NCBI GenBank assembly: GCA_048421225.1
Contig: DBFNRV010000056.1
Coordinates: forward strand, 1-48,538
Reading direction: 5' to 3'
Length of the DNA: 48,538 nucleotides
Origin: Christensenellales bacterium
GTDB lineage: Bacteria > Bacillota > Clostridia > Christensenellales > CAG-138
The position numbers and the translations under genes are program-made. Positions 17,882 through 27,027 of the stretch are shown here, piece after piece (the stretch's first letter is position 1; each line of letters begins with the position of its first letter). The notes under the pieces were generated by a model, which saw nothing but the letters and a program-made list of their open reading frames with translations, was not told the DNA's origin and did not search any database.

Positions 17882-18715
17882 CTATTCCACGCATTGGGAG
17901 CTTTTATTATGTGATTCCTTTTGCCCGATGTACATCGCGTGCTCAGCATACCCCAAAAACTCGTCCCTCTCACACAGTTTCTGTGATACATCAAGCCATC
18001 TGTCAACGACTTCGCGCGGCTGCTTGAGAAGGTTATCTTCGCATGGGGACATTATTCCCTCCTGTCCGAACAAGTTAAGCTTTTTTAAGGGAAAGCGCTC
18101 CATAAAGGGCATTATTCCCTTCTAGTCTATAAAAAACGCCTTTGTAAACGCATCCCCGCCGTATGAATTTCCTTTAATGACGCTGTCAATAAACGGGCCC
18201 TCAGCCTCGCCCATTATCATCTCCGGCTTATACTTCATCGAATAAATCATGCCGGAAAAAATCAATATAAAGGAAACATACAGTTTGCCGCCGTCCTTTA
18301 AAAGCGCCAGCGCCGAGTTTATTGCCCTGATCCTGTCGCGCTCGTCCAGCAGGTGATACATCGGACCCATTATAAAGACATGGTCGAACAGACCGTTTAC
18401 CAGCACGTTAGCCTCCCTCGCGTCGCCTGCTATTCCATCAAGCTTCACGTTCAATTCCTCCGCCTTTTTCAAAGCAAAGTTTACATTTGAGCTTGAAAGG
18501 TCAAAGAGCGTTACGTCGCAACCCCTGCCGGCATAGTAAAGCGAATACCTGCCCGGGCCGCCGCCTATGTCCAATATGCTGTCCCCAGGTTTTATATACC
18601 TGTTCATCATTCTCACCGTCAGTTCAAACTCAAACGGATGCTCTCCCAGACGGTTCCACTCCATTAGCACATCGCTGTCATAATAATCCCTGACTATATT
18701 TATATGGTCTTCCAC
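17882..18715 (-). pseudogene. Class I SAM-dependent methyltransferase interrupted by one in-frame TAG
   Basis: ILDIGGGPGRYS is SAM motif I. The reading frame runs ...AFFID-TAG(18122-18124)-KGIMPFMERFPLKKLNLFGQEGI... in the same frame down to 17882. The start is GTG 18715, 7 nt after AAAGGAGG. The total is 276 sense codons if read through. Confidence 0.7.
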
Positions 18716-18842
18716 TTTTATGCCTCCTTTGCCGGCATGCCTCAAGTTCAAACATGGTAATATAAATTGATAGGGCACTTCGACGTGCCCTACCATGAAT
18801 TTTCACCATTTTTTGTCCGGTTATATGCCGGTAATTTGTTTT

Positions 18843-18916
18843 TGGAGGCACCACCCGGAATCGAACCGGGGATGGCGATTTTGCAGACCGCTGCCTTACC
18901 GCTTGGCTATGGTGCC
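18843..18916 (-). tRNA. tRNA-Cys (GCA), CCA encoded
   Basis: The reverse complement reads GGCACCATAGCCAAGCGGTAAGGCAGCGGTCTGCAAAATCGCCATCCCCGGTTCGATTCCGGGTGGTGCCTCCA. Confidence 0.9.
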
Positions 18917-18992
18917 ATATCAATCCCCTTATATGCCCATGTAAAACTCAGGATGCCTCTTTAATATTTTTATTCCATATCCGCTTAAAAAA

Positions 18993-19068
18993 TGGAGCGG
19001 GAGACGGGGCTCGAACCCGCCACCTCCGCCTTGGCAAGGCGGCGCTCTACCAAATGAGCTACTCCCGC
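18993..19068 (-). tRNA. tRNA-Gly (GCC), CCA encoded
   Basis: The reverse complement reads GCGGGAGTAGCTCATTTGGTAGAGCGCCGCCTTGCCAAGGCGGAGGTGGCGGGTTCGAGCCCCGTCTCCCGCTCCA. Confidence 0.9.
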
Positions 19069-19070
19069 AA

Positions 19071-19146
19071 TGGTGCCTCAGAGTGGACTTGAACCACCGA
19101 CACAGGGATTTTCAGTCCCTTGCTCTACCAACTGAGCTACCGAGGC
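19071..19146 (-). tRNA. tRNA-Phe (GAA), CCA encoded
   Basis: The reverse complement reads GCCTCGGTAGCTCAGTTGGTAGAGCAAGGGACTGAAAATCCCTGTGTCGGTGGTTCAAGTCCACTCTGAGGCACCA. Confidence 0.9.
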
Positions 19147-19151
19147 GTTTA

Positions 19152-19228
19152 TGGCGACCCGGAGGGGGCTCGAACCCCTGACCTCCAGCGTGACAGGCTG
19201 GCATTCTAACCATCTGAACTACCGGGCC
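19152..19228 (-). tRNA. tRNA-Asp (GTC), CCA encoded
   Basis: The reverse complement reads GGCCCGGTAGTTCAGATGGTTAGAATGCCAGCCTGTCACGCTGGAGGTCAGGGGTTCGAGCCCCCTCCGGGTCGCCA. Confidence 0.9.
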
Positions 19229-19249
19229 GTTTTGCTAATCAAAAGCGGA

Positions 19250-19325
19250 TGGTGGGAGCAACAGGGCTCGAACCTGTGACCCCTTGCTTGTAAGGCAAGT
19301 GCTCTCCCAGCTGAGCTATGCTCCC
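19250..19325 (-). tRNA. tRNA-Val (TAC), CCA encoded
   Basis: The reverse complement reads GGGAGCATAGCTCAGCTGGGAGAGCACTTGCCTTACAAGCAAGGGGTCACAGGTTCGAGCCCTGTTGCTCCCACCA. Confidence 0.9.
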
Positions 19326-19350
19326 TCGCCATTCCGCGTCGACAGACGTT

Positions 19351-19379
19351 ATTATAACTTATGCCTGTGCGCTTGTCAA
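19351..19379 (-). promoter_or_regulatory. Consensus sigma-A promoter of the Val-Asp-Phe-Gly-Cys tRNA operon
   Basis: The minus strand reads TTGACA (19379-19374), exactly 17 nt, then TATAAT (19356-19351). The -10 box lies 25 nt upstream of the tRNA-Val 5' end. Confidence 0.65.
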
Positions 19380-19578
19380 TGCGGTTTTTTTATTTTTTAT
19401 GAAATTAATGTAAACTGCAAATAGCCCTTTTACTATGTAGCTTTAAGCCCTATTGCGATGCAATGCGCCTTTATATATTCCTTGCCCTCACTTCTCGGCA
19501 AATGCGAAATATGTTAAGATTAAGTTCAGTATGTAACACTATAGAAGAAACGTAAAACTACTCGCTTTGGAGGTGCCG

Positions 19579-21315
19579 ATGGATATATTCGACGTGTTTA
19601 TGCTTTTGGGAGGCTTGGTTCTTTTTCTCTATGGAATGAACGTTTTGGGAAGCGGCCTTGAAAAGCTGTCTGGCAGCAAGCTTGAACGGATACTTGAAAA
19701 CCTGACAAACAACCCTCTAAAGGGGGTGCTCGTAGGCGCCGGCGTTACCGCTATCATACAGTCCTCGTCCGCCACTACGGTAATGGTGGTTGGATTCGTA
19801 AACTCTGGGATTATGAAGCTTAAGCAGGCCATCGGCATAATTATGGGCGCCAATATCGGCACCACGGTAACGGCATGGATTTTGAGCCTTACCGGCATAC
19901 AGGGCGACAGCATATGGATTAACATGCTAAAGCCCACGTCCTTTGCCCCAATACTGGCCGTAATAGGAATGGCCGTGATTATGTTTTCCAAAAGCGGACG
20001 TAAGCGGGATCTGGGTTCAATACTTGTCGGCTTTTTTATGCTGATGTTCGGCATGTCGGCCATGAGCGACGCGGTGGCTCCACTTGCCAACAGCGAAGCG
20101 TTTACATCCATTCTGCTCCTGTTTACAAATCCTCTGTTCGGCGTTTTGGCGGGAACGGTTCTTACAGCTATCATACAGAGTTCGTCGGCGTCGGTTGGAA
20201 TACTGCAGGCGCTCGCTACAACTGGAAGCATAACGTATGGAATGGCAATACCTATAATCATGGGACAGAATATAGGCACATGCGCCACCGCCCTCATATC
20301 CTGTATAGGCGCCAATAAGAATGCAAAGCGCGCGGCAATGGTCCATTTTTACTTCAACATTATCGGAACGGTTATCTTCTTAGCGTTATTTTATATTCTT
20401 GACGCTATAATAGGGTTTAGCTTTACGGCCACAAGCATTAACGCGGCTGAAATCGCTATGATACATACGGTATTTAACCTGACCTCCACAGCTATCATGC
20501 TCCCGTTTAGCAATCAGCTTGGAAAACTTGCCACGCTTACGATCCGCGAGGGAAGCAAGGAGGAAGTTCTGCTCGACGAAAGACTGCTCAACGTGCCTTC
20601 CTTCGCTATAGAGCAATGCAAAAACGTAACTGAGGAGATGGCGGTACTTGCCAGGAACACCCTGAATATGTCATTGGCTATGGTTGACAAGTACGACGCG
20701 AAAACGGTCAAGCATATTATTGAAAACGAGGATAAAATAGATAAATACGAGGATGTGCTTGGCACATACCTTGTAAAGCTGAGCGCGCGTGAGTTATCTG
20801 AGGAGGATAGCAACGAGGTGTCAAAGCTTCTGCATATAATTGGGGACTTCGAGCGGATAGGCGATCATTGCGTCAATATAGTCGAATCCGTCGAGGAGAT
20901 GGCTAATAAAGGGATTGCCTTCTCAAGCGTAGCAAAGGGCGAACTCGGAGTTATGGGTTCCGCTATATCCGAAATTGTAGGTTTCGCAACCGATATCGTT
21001 GCCACGGAGGATCTGAAGCTGGCCTCAAAGGTCGAGCCCCTTGAGGAGGTAATCGACGGTCTTGAAACGGAACTGAAAATGCGGCATGTCAAGCGTCTTA
21101 AGGATGGGAACTGTACTATCGAGCTTGGCTTTATCTTCTCAGACCTGATTACCAACTATGAGAGGGTTGCCGACCATTGCTCCAATATCGCCGCATGCAT
21201 AATACAGATCAGCGTCGCCTCCTTCGACATGCACGAATACTTAAGCATTGTAAAGTCCGAAACGCCCTTTGCCGAGCAGTACAATGTGTTCAAGGAGAAA
21301 TATACCATCAATTAG
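19579..21315 (+). CDS. Na/Pi cotransporter family protein with C-terminal PhoU-like repeats
   Basis: Duplicated QSSSATT / QSSSASV motifs are characteristic of NptA-type Na/Pi symporters. The C-terminal helical repeats ending ERIGDHCVNI and ERVADHCSNI are PhoU-like. ATG 19579 lies 5 nt after GGAGG. Confidence 0.9.
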   Translation: MDIFDVFMLLGGLVLFLYGMNVLGSGLEKLSGSKLERILENLTNNPLKGVLVGAGVTAIIQSSSATTVMVVGFVNSGIMKLKQAIGIIMGANIGTTVTAWILSLTGIQGDSIWINMLKPTSFAPILAVIGMAVIMFSKSGRKRDLGSILVGFFMLMFGMSAMSDAVAPLANSEAFTSILLLFTNPLFGVLAGTVLTAIIQSSSASVGILQALATTGSITYGMAIPIIMGQNIGTCATALISCIGANKNAKRAAMVHFYFNIIGTVIFLALFYILDAIIGFSFTATSINAAEIAMIHTVFNLTSTAIMLPFSNQLGKLATLTIREGSKEEVLLDERLLNVPSFAIEQCKNVTEEMAVLARNTLNMSLAMVDKYDAKTVKHIIENEDKIDKYEDVLGTYLVKLSARELSEEDSNEVSKLLHIIGDFERIGDHCVNIVESVEEMANKGIAFSSVAKGELGVMGSAISEIVGFATDIVATEDLKLASKVEPLEEVIDGLETELKMRHVKRLKDGNCTIELGFIFSDLITNYERVADHCSNIAACIIQISVASFDMHEYLSIVKSETPFAEQYNVFKEKYTIN

Positions 21316-21325
21316 GAGGAATTAT

Positions 21326-22090
21326 ATGAAAACCGAGTTTCAGGGAATAGCCGCTGAACTGTACGAACTGCTCCACAGCGGTAATACCGACTGTAAGGTC
21401 TATCCCCAGCTGATAAAGCGGCACTTCGGTACGGACGTGCTGGAGCTCGGATGCGGGTCTGGAAGGCTGGCGATCCCCCTTGCTCAAAACGGCTGCAGCG
21501 TAACCGGCATTGAATACGAGAAGGACATGATCAGCCTTCTTTTGAACAAAGATTATCCCAAGGACAGGTTGTCTGTGATACAGGGCGACGCGCGCAGCTT
21601 TGATATAGGAAAAAAGTTCGACGTTGTATTGCTTGCGTGCAATTTTCTGAATATGTTTATCGATCCGTCGGACGTTGTGGCGATCCTTACAAACTCAAAG
21701 CGTCACCTAAGGGCCGGAGGATCCATTATAATCGACAGTTCGGCTCCTGATTTGGCAAGCATGGCGGAGGAAAACGGAGCGACCTTCGTAAGTGAATTTA
21801 AAACTTCAAGGGGGACGACGCTGCGCGATACCTTTACTCCGCGCTACGATTTTATAAGCCAGCTTGAAACCGATGAGATATTGATACAGGAGTTCGACGA
21901 AGCCGATAACCTATTAAGGCAAGAAGCGATTGTAACCCGGCTCACTTACTACCTGCCAAGGGAGATAAGAATGCTTGCACGCGAAGCGGGATTGGCTGTA
22001 TCGATGGAATGCGGACGCTTGACTTGCCCCTTATCAGAGGATCGCATAGGGGACAATAGCCCCGATATGATATTTGTTTTAAAGGCGTAA
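21326..22090 (+). CDS. Class I SAM-dependent methyltransferase
   Basis: VLELGCGSGRLAIPLA is motif I. RBS AGGAGG lies 6 nt before ATG 21326. The upstream extension in the ORF track overlaps the transporter gene and was rejected. Confidence 0.8.
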   Translation: MKTEFQGIAAELYELLHSGNTDCKVYPQLIKRHFGTDVLELGCGSGRLAIPLAQNGCSVTGIEYEKDMISLLLNKDYPKDRLSVIQGDARSFDIGKKFDVVLLACNFLNMFIDPSDVVAILTNSKRHLRAGGSIIIDSSAPDLASMAEENGATFVSEFKTSRGTTLRDTFTPRYDFISQLETDEILIQEFDEADNLLRQEAIVTRLTYYLPREIRMLAREAGLAVSMECGRLTCPLSEDRIGDNSPDMIFVLKA

Positions 22091-22378
22091 TCGCTAACCA
22101 GCGCATCTTAGAATGCCTTTAATTATTCTTTTACTTGGAGCATGCACAGCTTCTCAATATTCCTTATAGCCTATACCTTGGAGCTCATAGACATCTTAAG
22201 CGGTATAACCAAAGCTTTCTTGCGCAGGGGCAAGGGACGACGGCTGTACCTGTATAAGTCTTTTTGCCGAATTTAGGAAATCGTATGTGTAAACAGGTCT
22301 TATTTTGTATTGTATTGCCGTTTTCTAAAAATTGAGGTAATATTAATCAATAATGAGTCTAATGCTTGGAGTTTGATT

Positions 22379-23116
22379 ATGCAGGCTTATGGTAAATTTG
22401 CGTATGTCTACGACCAGCTTATGCGGGACGTTGGATACGATGGTTGGGCAAAATATTTATCGTATCTGCTGGGAGATGCAAAAACGGTTATAGAATGCGG
22501 CTGCGGAACCGGCGAGCTCACAATGCGCCTTGCAAAGATGGGCTTTATAATTACGGGACTAGACATATCTGAGGATATGCTGGGCGTTGCATCGGATAAG
22601 CTAAGGAAAAGAGGGCTTATGGTTCCTCTCATCCGCATGGATATGGCGGAGTTTTTAGTTCACAATCCGGCGGATGCGATATTATGCGCGTGCGATGGGG
22701 TAAACTACCTTACATCGGTTAATCGGGCTAAGGCTTTTTTCTCATCATCGTTTCGCGCGCTTAAGCCCGGAGGAACGTTGTTGTTCGATATATCCACCAG
22801 GTATAAACTTGAACGGATTATAGGAAACAACACGTTTGCCTCGGACGAGGGCGACGCTGCCTATATATGGGAAAACAGCTATGACGGCGCCCGATCCCTG
22901 TGTGAGATGAGGCTTGCTTTTTTCTCCCGTAAAGGCCGGCTATACGAAAGATTTGAGGAAACTCACGTGCAGCGTGCGCATACGGAACAGGAGCTGCGCA
23001 CGGCCTTGGCTGAAACGGGGTTTGCCTATGTCAGGGTGTATGACGCATTTACTCTTGAACCGCCAAAGCCCGAAAGCGAACGGCTGCAGTTTTACGCAAA
23101 AAAGGATAATACGTAA
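22379..23116 (+). CDS. Class I SAM-dependent methyltransferase
   Basis: VIECGCGTGELTMRLA is motif I, and LKPGGTLLFD is the post-II motif. The start at ATG 22379 (MQAYGKF) follows TTGGAG. Confidence 0.8.
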   Translation: MQAYGKFAYVYDQLMRDVGYDGWAKYLSYLLGDAKTVIECGCGTGELTMRLAKMGFIITGLDISEDMLGVASDKLRKRGLMVPLIRMDMAEFLVHNPADAILCACDGVNYLTSVNRAKAFFSSSFRALKPGGTLLFDISTRYKLERIIGNNTFASDEGDAAYIWENSYDGARSLCEMRLAFFSRKGRLYERFEETHVQRAHTEQELRTALAETGFAYVRVYDAFTLEPPKPESERLQFYAKKDNT

Positions 23117-23130
23117 CCGGAGGTTAAAAA

Positions 23131-24042
23131 ATGGCCGATAGGATAATTAAGGGACTGCTTTTTGACGGGAACGTCAATCTGATCGTCATCAACGGCACCG
23201 AACTTACAAGGGACGCAAAAACCAGGCACGGGTTATCACGGGTGTGTACCGCTGCGCTTGGCCGAACGCTTATGATAACGTCTGTTATGGGAGCGCTGTT
23301 AAAAAATGATACCGACCGCATATCAACCATAATCAACGGCGGCGGCCCCGCGGGGCGGATAATTTGCACTGCCAGAAGGGGCGGGATTGTTAAAGGCTAT
23401 ATTGAAAACCCTGCTATTGAGCTTCCGCCGACGCCGGAGGGCAAGCTTGACGTGGCTGAAGCGGTTGGCAAGAAGGGCGATCTTACCGTTATTCGTGATC
23501 TTTCGCTTAAGGATCCTTATATAGGGAAGAGCGAAATTATCTCGGGCGAGATAGCTGAGGACTTTGCAAACTATTTCGCATTAAGCGAGCAACAGCCTTC
23601 ACTTCTTTATCTTGGGGTTAGGGTAGCGACAGCTACGGGTGATGTGCTTGCGGCCAGCGGGCTATTGGCTCAACCGCTCCCCCAATGTCCGGATGAGTAT
23701 GTATCCGCGCTGGAGAGCAGCGTCGGCACAATACGGGAGCTTACGGAGATGGTTGAAAAAAGCGGTGATTTCGAGGGTTCTCTCGACAAACTGTTTGCCG
23801 GTATGGACCTAGTGATTACGGAGAGGTTTGAACCCGTTTTTCAATGCGACTGTGATAGGGCAAGGCTTGAGTCAATACTCGAATCGCTGGGCGAAAAGGA
23901 GCTGACGGAAATGCTGGAAGAAGACGGCTGCGCTGAAATTACCTGCCGTTTCTGCAATTCAGCCTATAGGTTTGATGCGAGTGATTTAGAAAAAATTATC
24001 AGGAGGTGCGCCGCAACCGGCGCCGCAGGCGATGTCGAGTGA
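23131..24042 (+). CDS. hslO: Hsp33 family redox-regulated chaperone
   Basis: The Hsp33 fold N-terminus is present. The C-terminal zinc switch is CDCD...x27...CRFC (FQCDCDRARL...ITCRFCNSAYRF). Confidence 0.9.
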   Translation: MADRIIKGLLFDGNVNLIVINGTELTRDAKTRHGLSRVCTAALGRTLMITSVMGALLKNDTDRISTIINGGGPAGRIICTARRGGIVKGYIENPAIELPPTPEGKLDVAEAVGKKGDLTVIRDLSLKDPYIGKSEIISGEIAEDFANYFALSEQQPSLLYLGVRVATATGDVLAASGLLAQPLPQCPDEYVSALESSVGTIRELTEMVEKSGDFEGSLDKLFAGMDLVITERFEPVFQCDCDRARLESILESLGEKELTEMLEEDGCAEITCRFCNSAYRFDASDLEKIIRRCAATGAAGDVE

Positions 24043-25744
24043 CCGCGTAAAAATACGTTCAAAGGGTAAACTGCTGACCTTTGAGCGCCCCGCCGAGTAC
24101 CATATTGCACAGGGCAAACGCAAGGAGACCTTTGGCGATATGCCCGGAGCCATGCTGTGTTACCGCAGGGCTTTAAAGGCGCAACCATATGACCCTGATA
24201 TCGTTTTAACAATGGCCTCATTGCTTACAAAGATGCAGCGGTTTGAAGAAGCAAACAGGTTATATATCATGAACCTGGCTAGTAAAGAATATCGGGCAAA
24301 GAGTTATATTGGGCTGGCATTTAACCTGATAAACATGAACTGCTTTAGCCTAGCTGAAGAGTATCTCAATATGTGTCTGGATGAGGACGACAACAATGAG
24401 CTTTATCAAAGGGTTATGTTTCTGACCGATGTCGTCAAAAACTATGGAGCAGACGAGCCGAGTATACTCTTACATGATGTGGATGGCGTTTCAAAGTCCG
24501 ATTTAATGCAAATACAGGGTTTTATCCAAAACGGCGACCCCAATATGGCAATCTCCCTGTTAAAGGACATATCCTGCAAAAACCCAAATCATATCGGCAT
24601 AAAGAACAATCTGGCTGTTATGCTGTTTGAGGCAAAGCGCTTGGACGAGGCCATTGAGCAGGTTAAAGATATCGCCCGTAACCTTCCCGACAATATCCTT
24701 ATAAAGTGCAACCTTGTGATATTCCTAATGGCCGCCGGAAAAACAAGCGAAGCCTATGATATACTCAAAGAGCTGTCGCCGCGTACTCCCGATGACATCC
24801 ACGAGGCTCTTCAGCTTGCAATACTGCTGGTAGAAAACGGGTTTACGGAGGATGCGCTGCGCATTTACAACAGGTTGTATTCCGAACTCCCTTACAGCCC
24901 GCCCGTATGCCATGGGCTTGCCTTATGCTGCTTTCATAAGGGAGATTATGGCGGCGCGATCAGGCACTACAATAAACTGCTTAAAATCGACCCGGTTGAT
25001 AGCGTGGCGCTTTATTACAGAAAGATTTGCTCCGACGCGCTTATTGGTAAGAAAACCACCTTTAGGTTCATGGGCGGTTATACGGTTCCGGTAGCGGAGG
25101 CGGTAAGGCGGCTTTCTCTATTAAAGGAGATGCTTGATAAGGAAGATGATTATATTATATCCCTATGGAACGAGGATAATGATCTGGAGTCCGTCCTTCG
25201 CTGGACCTTAATGACTCAATCGCTACAGATTCAAAAGTCCGCCGTTATCCTTCTGGGCCGGATCGGCGGCGCAAGGGCGGAATACCTGCTTCGCGAATGC
25301 CTTGCAGACTTCTCCCAGCCTGACGAACTTAAGCTTGTCATATTCAGCGTGCTTGGGACCATCGGCGCCAGTATGCCTTATATTTCATGTATATCCGGAA
25401 GGCCCGTGTCCGCTCCCGAACCCGCTCTGTCAAAGGTTCCTGACAGCCTGCCATATCCCTACTACGCAATACTGGAAGGGCTTATGGACGGCCTGAGGGA
25501 TCGCAGGGGCGGAACCGTTGCCGATACGGCCGCAGAACTCGTATTTGAATTTTACGGCGCGCTGCACGACTATCCGTATTTAAATCAGGATAAACGGGCG
25601 GCTCTGTCCGCGGCGTTTGAATACGAGGCCTGCAGGCGCCTTGATATAGAGGTTACGCCCGAGGAGATAGCGAAGATACGCAATGTTACCGTAAGGCGCA
25701 TTAAAAACGCGTTGAAGACAATTCAACGTACGATGGAGGGTTAA
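24032..25744 (+). CDS. TPR-repeat protein with a possible C-terminal HTH-like tail
   Basis: 570 aa with multiple 34-aa TPR-like repeats (AMLCYRRALKAQPYDPD, AIRHYNKLLKIDPVD). The C-terminus TPEEIAKIRNVTVRRIKNALKTI resembles a sigma region-4-like HTH. It overlaps hslO by 11 nt. Confidence 0.65.
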   Translation: MSSDRVKIRSKGKLLTFERPAEYHIAQGKRKETFGDMPGAMLCYRRALKAQPYDPDIVLTMASLLTKMQRFEEANRLYIMNLASKEYRAKSYIGLAFNLINMNCFSLAEEYLNMCLDEDDNNELYQRVMFLTDVVKNYGADEPSILLHDVDGVSKSDLMQIQGFIQNGDPNMAISLLKDISCKNPNHIGIKNNLAVMLFEAKRLDEAIEQVKDIARNLPDNILIKCNLVIFLMAAGKTSEAYDILKELSPRTPDDIHEALQLAILLVENGFTEDALRIYNRLYSELPYSPPVCHGLALCCFHKGDYGGAIRHYNKLLKIDPVDSVALYYRKICSDALIGKKTTFRFMGGYTVPVAEAVRRLSLLKEMLDKEDDYIISLWNEDNDLESVLRWTLMTQSLQIQKSAVILLGRIGGARAEYLLRECLADFSQPDELKLVIFSVLGTIGASMPYISCISGRPVSAPEPALSKVPDSLPYPYYAILEGLMDGLRDRRGGTVADTAAELVFEFYGALHDYPYLNQDKRAALSAAFEYEACRRLDIEVTPEEIAKIRNVTVRRIKNALKTIQRTMEG

Positions 25745-26845
25745 ATGCTATTCATAGCCACATGCAAGATGGGAGTCGAATCAATTACCGCACATGAGCT
25801 GCACGCGCTTGGTATTGAAGTGGTTGCGGTTCATGACGCCCGCGTTATATTCAAAGGCGGATTCGAGAGCATGGCCAGGGCCTGCCTGTGGCTTAGGACT
25901 GCCGAACGGGTGCTTATGGAAGTGGGATCCTTCACAGCTACAACGTTTGACGATCTGTTCAATGGAGTAATAGCTATAAATTGGGAGGATTACCTTGCTA
26001 AAGACACCTTCATACATGTTAATGGTAAGAGTGCGAAAAGTACCCTGTTCAGCGTATCGGACTGCCAGAGCATAACTAAAAAGGCCATAGTGGAAAATTT
26101 AAAGGCCGCCTACCGCACCCATACCATTCCCGAAACGGGGAAACGCGTTATCGTTGAGGTCGGTTTATTGAAGGATAGGGTCACGCTGGCGCTGGATTGC
26201 TGCGGAGCCGGTCTTTCAAGGCGAGGGTACCGCACTTTCAACGTCGACGCCCCCATCTCCGAAACTCTAGGCGCCTCAATCGTAATCCTTTCAGGCTACA
26301 AGCCCCACATACCCTTATATGATCCCATGTGCGGCTCGGGAACAATGCCAATAGAGGCCGCGATGATCGCGACAAACCGCGCCCCAGGCCTGAACAGGGA
26401 CTTTGCCGCTGAGGAGTGGCATTTTCTTGACGGAATGTATTTTGAAAAGGCCCGCAGTGAAGCGAGGGACGCAATAACTAGTGCTCCATTCAAAGTTTTT
26501 GGCAGCGATATAGACCCAAGGTGCATTGACATTTGCAAGCGCCATGCTAAGAAAGCTGGCGTAATGCTCGATTGGGCTGTCGGCCCGATCAAGGATTTTG
26601 CCCCATCGTCGGACGGGATAATAGTATGCAATCCGCCCTATGGCGAGAGGCTTCTTAATAAGCATGATATAAAAAAATTATACATGGAGATGCGGGATAA
26701 GTTTAACGAGTATCCCCGCTGCTCAAAACATATTGTAACTTCAAACCTAGATTTTGAGCGGATATATGGCCGCCGCGCGGACAAACGCAGGAACCTGAGT
26801 AACGGCGGTATAAAATGCACGCTATACAGTTACTTCAAATGTTAA
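25745..26845 (+). CDS. THUMP domain-containing class I SAM-dependent RNA methyltransferase (YpsC/RlmL-like)
   Basis: It has an N-terminal ferredoxin-like/THUMP region, DPMCGSGTMPIEAA as SAM motif I, and the catalytic motif VCNPPYGERL. Its ATG directly abuts the TAA of the previous gene. Confidence 0.85.
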   Translation: MLFIATCKMGVESITAHELHALGIEVVAVHDARVIFKGGFESMARACLWLRTAERVLMEVGSFTATTFDDLFNGVIAINWEDYLAKDTFIHVNGKSAKSTLFSVSDCQSITKKAIVENLKAAYRTHTIPETGKRVIVEVGLLKDRVTLALDCCGAGLSRRGYRTFNVDAPISETLGASIVILSGYKPHIPLYDPMCGSGTMPIEAAMIATNRAPGLNRDFAAEEWHFLDGMYFEKARSEARDAITSAPFKVFGSDIDPRCIDICKRHAKKAGVMLDWAVGPIKDFAPSSDGIIVCNPPYGERLLNKHDIKKLYMEMRDKFNEYPRCSKHIVTSNLDFERIYGRRADKRRNLSNGGIKCTLYSYFKC

Positions 26846-27027
26846 CGTTTTAATGCGGCGGGCGTCACGTAACCATATTCACATACCGCCGCGTTCAATA
26901 AATTTTGTTCGCTATGGCTTCATATTCATATCATATTGTCATGCAATAATTGAATTATAAGCTTGGATGTAGCGCTATAATATTCCATATGCTATAATTA
27001 AGCAATATACTTAACGGTGGTAATACG

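Noticed and set aside
18122-18124. The in-frame TAG read as pyrrolysine or reassigned-codon recoding.
   Set aside because: TAG is used as an ordinary stop in this window, for example by the GNAT gene at 1495-1497. No pyl genes or tRNA(CUA) are present here. Class I SAM methyltransferases are not known Pyl proteins. Nonsense mutation or sequencing error is more likely. The item is kept as a finding only for verification.
19629-20346. Minus-strand ORFs of 228 and 109 aa inside the Na/Pi transporter gene.
   Set aside because: They are antisense to a clearly conserved transporter. No family features or RBS were seen.
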